Positions 47,916 through 57,875 are shown, counted from the stretch's first letter. The stretch is 64,000 nucleotides of DNA from an uncultured Chloroflexia bacterium (GCA_963712165.1 CAVQGY010000003.1:16749-80748), one strand, 5' to 3'. Numbers and translations are program-made. Notes: generated from the sequence alone by a model not told the origin.

Positions 47916-48313
47916 CTTCAATGCCCGCTTGATCGCGAGGGTGTGGGGGAAAAAGGATCTTGAGTGTTCTGACTTGTTAGTTAGAACATGCTGCGTACGA
48001 GCAGTATCGAATGTGGCTGCCCCTCACTTCGAGCATTCCAATCATAAACAGATAAGAGGGAAGGACATCGTTCTGTTATTTTGGGATAGCTGCTAGAAAG
48101 GCTCTTATTCTAAAATCCATAGAAGATACACCCTGTCTTGTGACGCTCATTTAACCATGTTAGACTAGCAGTATACTCGTTAGGGAATCCCTTCATCGAA
48201 CGGCTTGCCAATTATCCGGGGGGATTATAATTAAATAGCAGGCACATCACTTATAAACCCTTCTGGCAGAATGGTATTGCCAACTCTCCCTGAAGGATCA
48301 TTGGGAATTAAAG

Positions 48314-51115
48314 ATGACATCTACCCTTTACCTGATCGACGGACATGCCCTTGCTTACCGGTCTTATTATGCTCTGACCAGCGGCGGTACTGATCAATCC
48401 CGCTGGCTGACCAGTAAGGGTGAACCTACCGCGGGAATCTATGGTTTTACCAGCGTTCTTTTGCGGCTCCTCGAGCAGGAACGGCCGGATTATCTCGCTG
48501 TGGTCTTCGATACGGGAAAGACATTCCGAGATGAGATCTACCCCGACTATAAAGCAACCCGGGAAAAAATGCCCGAGGATCTCAGGCCTCAGATAGAGAG
48601 AATCCGCGAATTGGTTGATACTTTTAATATCCCCCGGGCGGAAATGATAGGCTACGAAGCAGATGATGTGCTGGGCAGCCTGGCGCGGTGGGCTGTGGAA
48701 AAGGGTCTGGCAGTAAAAATCATCACTGGCGATAAAGATCTGCTTCAACTGGTTGATGAGCGAGTCTGCGTCAATCTGCCGGGAAGATCTATGGGGGATG
48801 CTAAGGATTACTTCCGGGAGGATGTTAAGGAGGCTTTAGGTATTTGGCCTGAGCAAGTGGTAGATTTTAAAGCTATTATCGGCGACCGTTCCGACAATAT
48901 CCCTGGGGTGTATGGAGTAGGGGAAAAAACAGCGGTTAAGCTGTTGGAGGATTATCAAACTCTGGATAATATTTATGAACACATTGATGAGGTCACGGGC
49001 CGGTTCCGGACCAAGTTGTTAGAAGGAAAGGAAAATGCCTATCTGAGCCAGAAGCTGGCCCAGATTGTCAGCGATCTGGGTGTGGAAATCGACCTGGATC
49101 AGGCCAAACCGGATGAGTTTGATCCCTTGAAAGTCAGAGAGCTGTTCCGGACGCTGGAATTTAAAACCCTGCTCAACCGGCTTTCAGTTGTGGAAGATAT
49201 CTATGGAAAAACCATTCAGGAAGGCCAGATGGCCATGTTCAGTGGTGGGGAGGAGGAAAAGAGTGAGTTCCTGACAACGGTGGAATCCCCGGGAGGGATC
49301 AAGGTTGAACTGATTACAACACAAGATAGCCTGAAAATTCTGGTTGATACCTTGATGTCCTCCTCCCAGATCGCCTTTGATACGGAAACGACCTCAACAG
49401 ATCAGATGTCCGCTGATCTGGTGGGTATTTCCCTGGCGGTTTCCGATAGTGGGGGATACTATATTCCTGTTGGCCATCAGGAAGGTGAACAACTCGACCT
49501 GGATGTTGTGTTGGAGGCTCTCCGCGGACCGATGACAGATCCGGATATTCCCAAGCTGGGCCACAACTTGAAGTTTGATTATGTCATGCTCGCCCGATCT
49601 GGACTTAAAGTCCACCCCTTGGGATTCGACACGATGATCGCAGAATGGGTAGTTAATCCCTCCTCCAGAAACCTGGGTTTGAAGAAACTGGCCTGGGTGA
49701 GGCTGAATCGCACCATGCAGGAAATTGAAAGTCTGATTGGTAAAGGCAGATCGGAGATCACTATGGCAGAAGTAGCCATTCAGGATGCTGCCAGGTATGC
49801 TGTGGAAGATGCTGTGATGGTGATGATGCTGAAGCCTGTGCTGGAGTATGACCTGAAGCAGGCCCAAAGTCTGGACCTTTTCCAGGATATGGAGATGCCG
49901 CTTATCCCCATCCTGGCTGGAATGGAGATGGAAGGTATTGGACTGAATGTCCCTTTCCTGGTGGAAATGTCTGGGAGGTTGGAATCGGACCTGGCTGAAC
50001 TTGAAAAGAAGATCTTCCGGATCGTTGGTCATGAATTCAATCTAAATTCACCGAAACAATTGTCTGAAGCTTTGTTCACTGAGCTGGAATTGATCCCCCC
50101 GGACCGGGGAAGTAAAACCGCCAGTGGTTATTATTCGACTTCCGCTGATGTGCTTGAGTATCTTAGAAACCAGCATGAGGTCCCAGCACTGTTGCTTGAA
50201 TATCGGGAATATACAAAATTAAAATCCACCTATGTGGATGCTCTTCAAAACCAGGTTAACCCTGAGACAGGCCGCGTGCACACTTCCTACAACCAGACAG
50301 GATCGGTTACAGGCAGGATTGCTTCAACAGATCCTAATTTGCAGAACATACCTATTCGTTCGGAGCTGGGTCGGCAGGTCAGAAAAGCCTTTGTGGCTGC
50401 TCCCGGTCATTCCCTGGTGGCTGTTGATTATTCCCAGATCGAGCTTCGGGTGGCTGCCCACATGGCAGGTGATCAAGCGATGCTGAAAGCCTTCAGGGAG
50501 GGAAGGGATATTCATACAACCACTGCGGCTGCCGTTCTGAATATTTCCCCTGAGGAAGTTACCAGCCAGCAGCGCAGGGACGCGAAGGCGATCAATTTTG
50601 GGTTGATCTACGGAATGAGCGCTTTTGGTCTGACCCAAACAACGGAACTGACTCTGGCAGAAGCGGAGCAGTTCGTAGAGACTTATTTTCAGCGCTTCCC
50701 GGGGATCAAAGGCTACCTGGATCAAATCCGAGAACAGGTCAGGGAGACTGGTTATGTAGAGACCCTATTAGGCAGACGGAGATATTTTCCCCGCTTGACA
50801 ACAGCGACGAATATGAATATCAGACGACGTGAAGAGCGGGAGGCTATTAATGCGCCGATTCAAGGCACCGCGGCGGATATTATGAAACTGGCTATGATCG
50901 AGGTTGCAGACCGGCTGGCAGCTTCGAAACTAGCAAGCAAGATCTTGCTCCAGGTGCATGATGAACTGGTCCTTGAAGTGAAAGATGGGGAAGTTGAAGA
51001 AACCATTAAACTGGTAAAATCTGCCATGGAGGATGTATACTCATTGGAGATCCCCCTGACGACCGGAGCTCAGAGTGGACGGGACTGGGGTTCTTTGACC
51101 GAGTATACTGGTTAA
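48314..51115 (+). CDS. polA: DNA polymerase I
   Basis: 933 aa. 5'-nuclease N-terminus (LYLIDGHALAYRSYY), a 3'-5' exonuclease-like middle region, and polymerase motifs DYSQIELR, RRDAKAINFGLIYG and QVHDE. Confidence 0.97.
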   Translation: MTSTLYLIDGHALAYRSYYALTSGGTDQSRWLTSKGEPTAGIYGFTSVLLRLLEQERPDYLAVVFDTGKTFRDEIYPDYKATREKMPEDLRPQIERIRELVDTFNIPRAEMIGYEADDVLGSLARWAVEKGLAVKIITGDKDLLQLVDERVCVNLPGRSMGDAKDYFREDVKEALGIWPEQVVDFKAIIGDRSDNIPGVYGVGEKTAVKLLEDYQTLDNIYEHIDEVTGRFRTKLLEGKENAYLSQKLAQIVSDLGVEIDLDQAKPDEFDPLKVRELFRTLEFKTLLNRLSVVEDIYGKTIQEGQMAMFSGGEEEKSEFLTTVESPGGIKVELITTQDSLKILVDTLMSSSQIAFDTETTSTDQMSADLVGISLAVSDSGGYYIPVGHQEGEQLDLDVVLEALRGPMTDPDIPKLGHNLKFDYVMLARSGLKVHPLGFDTMIAEWVVNPSSRNLGLKKLAWVRLNRTMQEIESLIGKGRSEITMAEVAIQDAARYAVEDAVMVMMLKPVLEYDLKQAQSLDLFQDMEMPLIPILAGMEMEGIGLNVPFLVEMSGRLESDLAELEKKIFRIVGHEFNLNSPKQLSEALFTELELIPPDRGSKTASGYYSTSADVLEYLRNQHEVPALLLEYREYTKLKSTYVDALQNQVNPETGRVHTSYNQTGSVTGRIASTDPNLQNIPIRSELGRQVRKAFVAAPGHSLVAVDYSQIELRVAAHMAGDQAMLKAFREGRDIHTTTAAAVLNISPEEVTSQQRRDAKAINFGLIYGMSAFGLTQTTELTLAEAEQFVETYFQRFPGIKGYLDQIREQVRETGYVETLLGRRRYFPRLTTATNMNIRRREEREAINAPIQGTAADIMKLAMIEVADRLAASKLASKILLQVHDELVLEVKDGEVEETIKLVKSAMEDVYSLEIPLTTGAQSGRDWGSLTEYTG

Positions 51116-51136
51116 TACCATTGAAGAGAGAGCGTT

Positions 51137-53453
51137 ATGATTGAAAAGAAACAAGAGCTGCGGGATATGTTATCTAAAGGCAACTCTGCTGCCTGGGATA
51201 AGAACTGGAGTGACGCTGCCGTTTATTACCAGCAGGCTCTTGATATGGATCCGGGTAATTTTAAAGCGCTGACCAATATTGGCTTGGCTTATTATGAAAT
51301 GAAGGATTACCGGGAAGCGCTGGATGCTTATAGTAAAGCTGTAGAATCCAGCCCAAATGATCCGGCCCCATTTGAAAAAATGTTCGTAATCTACAAGGAA
51401 GTAGATCGACCCGTTGAAGCAGTCAAAGCTGCATTGCATGCCGCAGAAGCTCATTTAAAGAACGAAGATATCCAAAAAGCTATTGAGAATTGGAAACGCG
51501 TGTTGGAGTTAGACATTCAAAATGTCAAAGCCCACGCTCGTTTGGGTATGGTCTATGAGCGGCTTGGGAAAAAGAAACTCGCGGTAAGTGAATATATCAA
51601 TACAGCAAGTTTGCTTCAGTTAGCTGGCAATATTGAAAAAGCCACTGAATCCATCGACCGGGCCTTGAAATGTTCACCAGAGAATATCATCGCACTGCGT
51701 GCCAGGGAGATCCTGCATCAGGGTCGGCAGCTTCCCATTCCTGAGCCTATAGACAAAGAGCCCGAAGAAGAGACCAAGGTTGATGTGGTGCAGCTAGAAG
51801 CCCCGAAACCTGAACCAGAGATGCAGTATGATAATCCGGTTGTGGAAGCAGTTGAAAAAGCAATGATCATTCTCGCTGAAATGATGTTTGAAGAGGACTC
51901 ATCTGCAGATAGTGGAATAAAGGGCTCAAAACGCGACCTGGACTCTGCCCTAAGCTGGAACACTGATGATGGGGATCGTGTAGCTGATGACAGCGTGGTG
52001 AAGCTTCATATATCCCAGGCAATCGAGAATTATTCTGTTGAGAACGAAAAGGACGCAGCGGAAAATATCAAAAAGGCAATTGATGAAGGGTATACCAACC
52101 CGGCGGCCTATTTCTTGTTGGGTTATCTTTTCAGCAACCTCGGAAGGATGGAAAGCGCCGTCCGCTCCTTAAATAAATCCGTCTCCCACGAGAATTTTGC
52201 ACTGGCATCTCGTTTGTTATTAGCCCAGGATCATGCTGGCAAGGAAGCGTGGGTAGATGCCAGCCGGGAGTATCTTGAAGCCCTGAGAATAGCGGATACA
52301 TCACTAGCTGCCAAGGAAGATGTTGAGGATCTGATTCACCTCTATGAAGTGATGATGGATGATCTTGAACAGCAGGAAGGTGATGATGCCTATATTGAAA
52401 TGAGCACGCATATCGGTGAGATGTTGATGAGGCCTGACTGGCGGGCTATCCTGATCGAACTGCGGGCGAAAGGGAAATCTCAGGATGGCTTGATCCTTCC
52501 CCAGCTGGACGCTCTTCTGGATGACCGCCGCAGCCAGATCATGGGTGTTCATCAGAATATCAATGTCCTGGCTCAGGACGGCCATTATGGCGCAGCAATG
52601 GAATTGGCTTTCTTTGCTTTGAGAAATGCACCCACCTTCCTGCCTTTGCATGTCACTATTGGCGATCTGCTTATGGAGCAGAACAAGATTGACGGGGCTG
52701 TGTCAAAATACCTGGCGGTTGCGGATGTTTATACAGTTCAGGGGAAAACAGAACGGGCATTGACCATGCTTAAGAAGGTCATAGATCTCCAACCCATGAA
52801 TATTGAGATCCGGCAGCGAGAGATCGACCTGCTCGAGGATTACGGACTGAAAGAAGAAGCTATCCAGGAATATATCAATCTGGCTGAGGTCTTTTTCCCC
52901 CTGGCCGAGTTAGATAGCGCCAGGACAGCCTATATCAAGGCGATAACGTTATCTCAATCACTCTCAGATGGTGAGGCTAGTTCGGATGAAATTGCTCCAA
53001 CGATTGGCAGATCTCGATATCCAGCGCCTGGACTGGGAATCAGCTATCGCCACCTATGCAGAGATCAGCGAGGTTTCCCCGGGAAATAAGAAGGCCAGTG
53101 TATCAATAGTGGACTTGAACTACAGGTTGGGTAAATCCCGCCAGGCTGAACAGGAGATCGTACGCTTCCTGGGACTTTTTGACCCAAAGGAAAACAAAGA
53201 AGTCCTTGCTGATTATTTGACCAGTCTGAAAACTGAGCTTCCCCAGGAAGAATTCATCGTCCGCCAGCTAATTGATTTTTATACAGGACTTGGTTTACAG
53301 GAACAGGCAATTTCTGAGTTGGACGGTTTGGGTGATATGCTGCTCGAAGCTGGTAGAAGAGAGGACGCTGTTGCTGTCATCCAGGAAATTGTCTCTCTGA
53401 ATCCTCCTAATGTGGAAGACTACCAGAAACTTTTGGGACAGCTTCAAGGCTAG
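51137..53453 (+). CDS. large TPR-repeat protein, apparently split by a +1 frame change near 52947-52990
   Basis: ORFs 51137..53089 (650 aa) and 52968..53453 (161 aa) overlap by 122 nt. The last ~40 aa of the first ORF are non-TPR-like (GRSRYPAPGLGISYRHLCRDQRGFPGK). The second frame continues TPR-like text (LLQRLADLDIQRLDWESAIATYAEI). Confidence 0.6.
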
Positions 53454-53496
53454 AAGGATCTGAATAAGCAGGATTAGAGGCGGCATACTCAGATGC

Positions 53497-54144
53497 ATGG
53501 CTGCCAGAGAAGGCAGCCTAATGATTCAGACTATGGATCTCAAGGATCAAATCTCTAAAGCATTAAAAGGAGATCTGGATGCCTTCAACCAGGTTGTCCT
53601 CGAGTACCAATCCCTGGTATACAACCAGGCGTACCGGGTGATTGGTGAACCGGACGCGGCGGCTGATGCAACCCAGGAAGCCTTTATCTCTGCTTATAAA
53701 AAACTTCATACCTATCGCGGCGGATCATTCAAGAGCTGGCTGCTCAGGATTGTCAGTAATGCTTGTTATGATGAATTTCGACGCCGGAAACGGCAGCCAG
53801 TCGTACCATTGACTCCTGAAGATGATCAGGGGGAGGATTTGGAGTCAGCTCCCTGGCTCGAGGATCAATCCGAGAACCCAGAAGAATTCACTCAACGTAA
53901 AGAACTCTCAACAGCCATTCAAACCTGCTTGAACCGCCTGGATATCGAGTTCAGGACAGTTGTTGTCTTGATCGACATCCAGGGGATGGATTACGCAGCA
54001 GCTGCAGCGATCGTTGACAGTCCCCTGGGAACGATTAAGAGTCGATTGGCCAGAGCCAGGAAGGGTCTCCAGGATTGTCTGCGTGAATTTAAGGAACTTT
54101 TACCGCCTAATTTGCGTCATGTAAGTGAGGTGGTATCGGAATGA
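53497..54144 (+). CDS. ECF-subfamily RNA polymerase sigma factor
   Basis: Region 2 (AFNQVVLEYQSLVYNQAYRVIG...DATQEAFISAYK) and region 4 (MDYAAAAAIVDSPLGTIKSRLARAR). ATG at 53521 is an alternative start. Confidence 0.85.
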   Translation: MAAREGSLMIQTMDLKDQISKALKGDLDAFNQVVLEYQSLVYNQAYRVIGEPDAAADATQEAFISAYKKLHTYRGGSFKSWLLRIVSNACYDEFRRRKRQPVVPLTPEDDQGEDLESAPWLEDQSENPEEFTQRKELSTAIQTCLNRLDIEFRTVVVLIDIQGMDYAAAAAIVDSPLGTIKSRLARARKGLQDCLREFKELLPPNLRHVSEVVSE

Positions 54145-54938
54145 GAATATCCAAACGGGATTTGGCTCAATTATCAGCCTATCTGGATGGTGAGTTGAGT
54201 CAGCGTGAGTTGAAAATGTTTGAAAACAGGATGGAGGGAGATCCTGATTTTCAGGCTGCCCTGGAGGATCTCAGGAACGTAAAAATCGTTTTAACCCACA
54301 CACCCCGGCTAGCTGTTCCCAGGAATTTCACTCTGAAGCCCAGTCCGGTTAAAAGCCCACAGAGGCGATCCCCCGCCTTTGGATACCGCCTGGCAGCGGC
54401 AGCTATGTCATTCCTATTCATTGGCGTGGTAGTGCTGGATATTGGTTCAGGAGCGCTGAAAGGCGGTATGTTAGCTGCCGAGGCACCCAGGTCAGAAGAA
54501 GTGATGGTGGAAGCAGCTGCTGACGAAGTGGAAGAACCCTCGCAGCTTGTGATGGAGAAGGCTGCAGAAGAAGCCGCACCTTCTCTTGAGATGGAGGTGG
54601 ATGCAGAAGCCCCGGAAATTATGGATGCCGCCAGGGATGGGGAGGCAGATGGGATGACAGAGGGAGAGCTCAATCTTGCTCCCGAAGAAACTGATCGTAC
54701 TCCAGGAAGTGGAGAAGATATAGCAGGTGATGCATCCCAGGATCCCCAAAGAACCCCTTTGCCATCGGCAGAGGCGGAATACCTGGAACCCGTAGGAGAG
54801 GTAGATCAGGATTATTACCGCAGAAGTGAGACTTCTGAAATACCCTGGTTAAGGATACTGGAGATCATGTTTGGACTGGGAGCTGTTGGTTTAGGGATTA
54901 CAGCCTGGTTGAAGCGCTCGAAGAATCATCAGCCGTAA
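54141..54938 (+). CDS. membrane-spanning anti-sigma factor (no Zn motif), acidic low-complexity extracytoplasmic region
   Basis: 4-nt overlap with the sigma gene. N-terminus LSAYLDGELSQRELKMFE is typical of anti-sigma factors. TM at about aa 80-105 and a second one near the C-terminus. Confidence 0.6.
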   Translation: MRISKRDLAQLSAYLDGELSQRELKMFENRMEGDPDFQAALEDLRNVKIVLTHTPRLAVPRNFTLKPSPVKSPQRRSPAFGYRLAAAAMSFLFIGVVVLDIGSGALKGGMLAAEAPRSEEVMVEAAADEVEEPSQLVMEKAAEEAAPSLEMEVDAEAPEIMDAARDGEADGMTEGELNLAPEETDRTPGSGEDIAGDASQDPQRTPLPSAEAEYLEPVGEVDQDYYRRSETSEIPWLRILEIMFGLGAVGLGITAWLKRSKNHQP

Positions 54939-54962
54939 AGTGTAAGTCGATAAGGTGAATCA

Positions 54963-54997
54963 AAGAGACGAAGTCTTTTTAAAAGACTTCGTCTCTT
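54963..54997. terminator. bidirectional intrinsic terminator
   Basis: AAGAGACGAAGTCTTTT / AAAAGACTTCGTCTCTT, near-perfect 17-bp arms between convergent genes. Confidence 0.8.
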
Positions 54998-55004
54998 ATT
55001 TATT

Positions 55005-55673
55005 CTAATCCCCGACTCTCCAGGAACTCACATGATCATTAAGCGCATAGAAACTTGAACAGGAAGCCCCGCAGGAATAGGAAGGGCCACTGTAATTATT
55101 GAAATCATAGACCTGAATATGGTCGCAACCGGAGTAGGCTTTACCGGAGGCGAATTTATTGTCCAGGGTATCAGGGAGATCGGTGACGCCGTAAGAGGTT
55201 GTTGGTGAGCAGGGTAAACTGCCGTAGTAATCCACCAAAAGCCAGGTGTAGCTGGTCCAATTATAGTATTTCGCGATCAGGTAGCTTGAATCAAGGGTAA
55301 TGCCGTCAATTGACTCAACGGGGCCAGCAGTACACACCATTTCCGAGGCTTTGGATGATGTATCTCCAGGCTGGATCGGTTCAAGGTAGACCACACAGCG
55401 ATTCTCTGACTCATCACCTGTTCCTTGCACAATCCCATTAACATCTTCTCCCTGATCGATCACTTGATCTGTTTTCATATCATCTGGGTGAATAGGTTCC
55501 AGAAATACGATTTGGACGCCGTTTGGGTCAATAGAATCAGGCTCCTGAGGTACAGGGACGAGAATAGTAGGCGGATTTTTTCCATCAGCTGAGACAGTAG
55601 CGTTGATGATGATGATCGCCAATCCGCAAGCGAGGGCTATTGCTCCAATGACAGATACGACTTTTTTCCACAT
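55005..55673 (-). CDS. exported hypothetical protein with a C-terminal beta-gamma-crystallin-like Greek-key signature
   Basis: Signal/anchor MWKKVVSVIGAIALACGLAIIII. Internal repeat VQIVFLEPIHPDD / CVVYLEPIQPGD. C-terminal VYDFNNYSG (YxxxxYxG) followed by NDHVSSWRV. Confidence 0.5.
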   Translation of the reverse strand: MWKKVVSVIGAIALACGLAIIIINATVSADGKNPPTILVPVPQEPDSIDPNGVQIVFLEPIHPDDMKTDQVIDQGEDVNGIVQGTGDESENRCVVYLEPIQPGDTSSKASEMVCTAGPVESIDGITLDSSYLIAKYYNWTSYTWLLVDYYGSLPCSPTTSYGVTDLPDTLDNKFASGKAYSGCDHIQVYDFNNYSGPSYSCGASCSSFYALNDHVSSWRVGD

Positions 55674-55767
55674 GGGTGTACCTCCCTTATTGGAAAGTAA
55701 TGTAGGTGAAATCTGTTATCAAAGTAGCATAAATGGGATTAAATCCGTGTTAAGATAGGGAGGGAAT

Positions 55768-56964
55768 CTACTGAATGGGTAGACGAACGGTAAAACAGGA
55801 CCCAATACCTTCTTCACTATCAACTTCGATGAATCCCCCATGGAGTTCCACAATATGGGCTGCAATGGATAAACCCAAACCGGAACCTCCCGAATTCTTG
55901 CGTCGCGATTGATCTGCCCGATAAAACCGCTCGAATATGTGTGGTAGATCCTGGTCGGGTATACCAATTCCCGTATCTTCAATCCTGATCAGAATCATTC
56001 TTCCCATTTCCTGAACATCGATTGTGACCGAACCACCGTGTCTGTTATATTGGATCGCGTTTTGGATCAGGTTTCTTAAGGCAATGGAAAACAGGGGTCC
56101 ATCCAATTCCATGACATGGTTAGCTTGCGAAAGTTGATTTACCTCAACTTGCTTACTTTGCGCCAAATCTTCTGCTTCCCATATCACCTTTTTTAATAAA
56201 TCCTCAATACAGGCTGGCTCCCATTGGAATTGTCCTTCACCTTTTGCCAATAGGAGGAGATCTTCGACAAGCCTCTCTACTCTGGCAAGAGAGCGATCAA
56301 ATGTCTGGCTCAGGTCACGATAATCTTCCTCTGTTGCCCGGGAATCCTCTCGGATCACCTCAAGATTGGCACGCATATTGGCGAGGGGTGTGCGCAGCTC
56401 ATGAGCTGCATCAGCGATAAATCGTCCCTGCTGTTCGAAAGCACCTTCCAGGCGATCCAGCATTTCATCAAATGTATCGGCAAGTACTTTGATTTCATCT
56501 TCAGGCCTCTCTAGGGAAAGCCGCTGATCAAGTGATTCGGGTTGGATCTTGGCTATGAGATGATTGAGGTGCTGAAGAGGATAGATGGCTTTTCTTGCTA
56601 TGCTATATGTGCCTAAGGCCCCGAAAATTGAAAATAGAACGATCCCAATAATAGAGATCAAGCGAAATTCCCGGATCGCTATTTGTTGGATTTGGTCCAT
56701 GGATTGTGAATTACCAGGATGATCTGTTGGAGGAGGATCAGATGAAGTTGAGGTTGGAGTTGTTTCAGGATCAGGATATTGTGTCGGGGAAAGATCAAAC
56801 ATGAGCACTTGCGGGATTCGGACGGAGGTGACCACATTAGTAAAAACTGTCAAGCCCAATCCTAGAATGGCCAACAAACCTGCCGTTAAAAGAGCGATGC
56901 GCCAAAGAAGGGGCAGGGGATATGAAACCCATTTTCGCATATTACTCAATTTTCTTTTGACCAC
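55768..56964 (-). CDS. sensor histidine kinase (TM-HAMP-HisKA-HATPase)
   Basis: H-box AAHELRTPLA, N-box LIQNAIQYN, DTGIGI and GGSGLGLSIA. The ATG at 56940, 1 nt after the regulator stop, is an alternative start. Confidence 0.9.
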   Translation of the reverse strand: MVKRKLSNMRKWVSYPLPLLWRIALLTAGLLAILGLGLTVFTNVVTSVRIPQVLMFDLSPTQYPDPETTPTSTSSDPPPTDHPGNSQSMDQIQQIAIREFRLISIIGIVLFSIFGALGTYSIARKAIYPLQHLNHLIAKIQPESLDQRLSLERPEDEIKVLADTFDEMLDRLEGAFEQQGRFIADAAHELRTPLANMRANLEVIREDSRATEEDYRDLSQTFDRSLARVERLVEDLLLLAKGEGQFQWEPACIEDLLKKVIWEAEDLAQSKQVEVNQLSQANHVMELDGPLFSIALRNLIQNAIQYNRHGGSVTIDVQEMGRMILIRIEDTGIGIPDQDLPHIFERFYRADQSRRKNSGGSGLGLSIAAHIVELHGGFIEVDSEEGIGSCFTVRLPIQ

Positions 56965-57646
56965 GGTTCGATCTCTCTTTAAGGAGCCGGTAACCTTGTC
57001 CGATCACTGTTTCGATATATCGAGGGTTGTCAACGTGATCACCCAGTTTCACCCGTAAAGAATGGATATGAACGCGGATGGATTGAGAGAAGATGTTCAC
57101 CCTCTCGTTCCAAACATGTTCTATGAGTTCTTCCTGACTGATAACCTCTCCAGGCCTTCGCATCAGGTACTGCAGAATCCCAAATTCTTTTTTTGTGAGG
57201 GATAACTCCTCTTTTCCCTGCAAGATGGTTCGGCTCCTAGGATCCATTATTAGGTCACCAACTTCAAGCGTGGGCTTTCTCCCCGTTAGATCCCGCCTCA
57301 TGAGAGCCCTAATGCGAGCGGTTAATTCTTCGAAATGGAATGGTTTCACCAGGTAATCGTCTGCGCCATGGTCCAAACCAAGTACTCTATCCTCTAGCCT
57401 TTCCCGAGCAGTCAGGATCAGGATAGGTAGATTGCCTTTCTCAGAGCGAAGCTGCTGACAAACTTCTAAACCATTCATTTCCGGTAAATTAAGATCCAGG
57501 ATCACCAAATCATACTCGTGCACAATTCCCAATCCAAGTCCCTCTGTACCTGTGCTGGCAGTGTCTACCGCGTAGCCCTGCGTTCTCAATCCACGGGTCA
57601 GCGCGTTTGCCATGTCAACTTCATCTTCCACAACAAGTATTCTCAC
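56942..57646 (-). CDS. OmpR-family DNA-binding response regulator
   Basis: Receiver domain (ILVVEDE, DLVILDLNLP, LILTAR) and a winged-helix C-terminus (YIETVIGQGYRL). GTG start at 57646 with AAGGA upstream. The ORF-track TTG is at 57652. Confidence 0.92.
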   Translation of the reverse strand: MRILVVEDEVDMANALTRGLRTQGYAVDTASTGTEGLGLGIVHEYDLVILDLNLPEMNGLEVCQQLRSEKGNLPILILTARERLEDRVLGLDHGADDYLVKPFHFEELTARIRALMRRDLTGRKPTLEVGDLIMDPRSRTILQGKEELSLTKKEFGILQYLMRRPGEVISQEELIEHVWNERVNIFSQSIRVHIHSLRVKLGDHVDNPRYIETVIGQGYRLLKERSNRGQKKIE

Positions 57647-57795
57647 TAGCAAAAATCCTTAATTGTGTGTGAATAGCTTTTTGTATGTAAATCTTTTGGC
57701 AGGTAGTTGAATGAAGATTCAATGCTGTAGCATCATTTGAGATTGTTCTGTAATTATCATTCTAGCATAGATGCTGGGGGCGTTCTTTAATATAG

Positions 57796-57835
57796 AAGGA
57801 AGCGGGATCCTTCATTCAGTTGATCCCGCTTCCTT
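57796..57835 (-). terminator. intrinsic terminator after the sigma/anti-sigma/membrane-protein operon
   Basis: AAGGAAGCGGGATC / 12-nt loop / GATCCCGCTTCCTT (14-bp perfect stem), 34 nt downstream of the stop at 57869. Confidence 0.7.
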
Positions 57836-57840
57836 TATTT

Positions 57841-57875
57841 TCAATCTTCAATTTTCAATCTTCAATTTTCATTTC
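57841..57875. repeat. short tandem repeat: 14-bp unit TCAATCTTCAATTT x2 plus a partial copy (heptad TCAATYT x4)
   Basis: Read directly from tcaatcttcaattt tcaatcttcaattt tcatttc. It lies between the terminator hairpin and the stop codon, and the last partial copy overlaps the stop. Confidence 0.8.

Noticed and set aside
47916-48313. Possible RNase P RNA, tmRNA, SRP RNA or tRNA(Sec) in the gap upstream of polA
   Set aside because: None of the conserved motifs I know is present on either strand (AGGAAAGUCC-type P4, the tmRNA tRNA-like ends, the SRP GGAA/AGCA domain IV, the T-loop). The gap is kept only as an unexplained region.
49394-50032. 212-aa minus-strand ORF inside polA
   Set aside because: It is antisense to polA and has a His/Gln/Leu-rich composition typical of antisense frames.
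57841-57875. Tandem repeat considered as a CRISPR or mini-satellite
   Set aside because: The units are 7-14 bp with no spacers and only about 2.5 copies, so it is not a CRISPR array.
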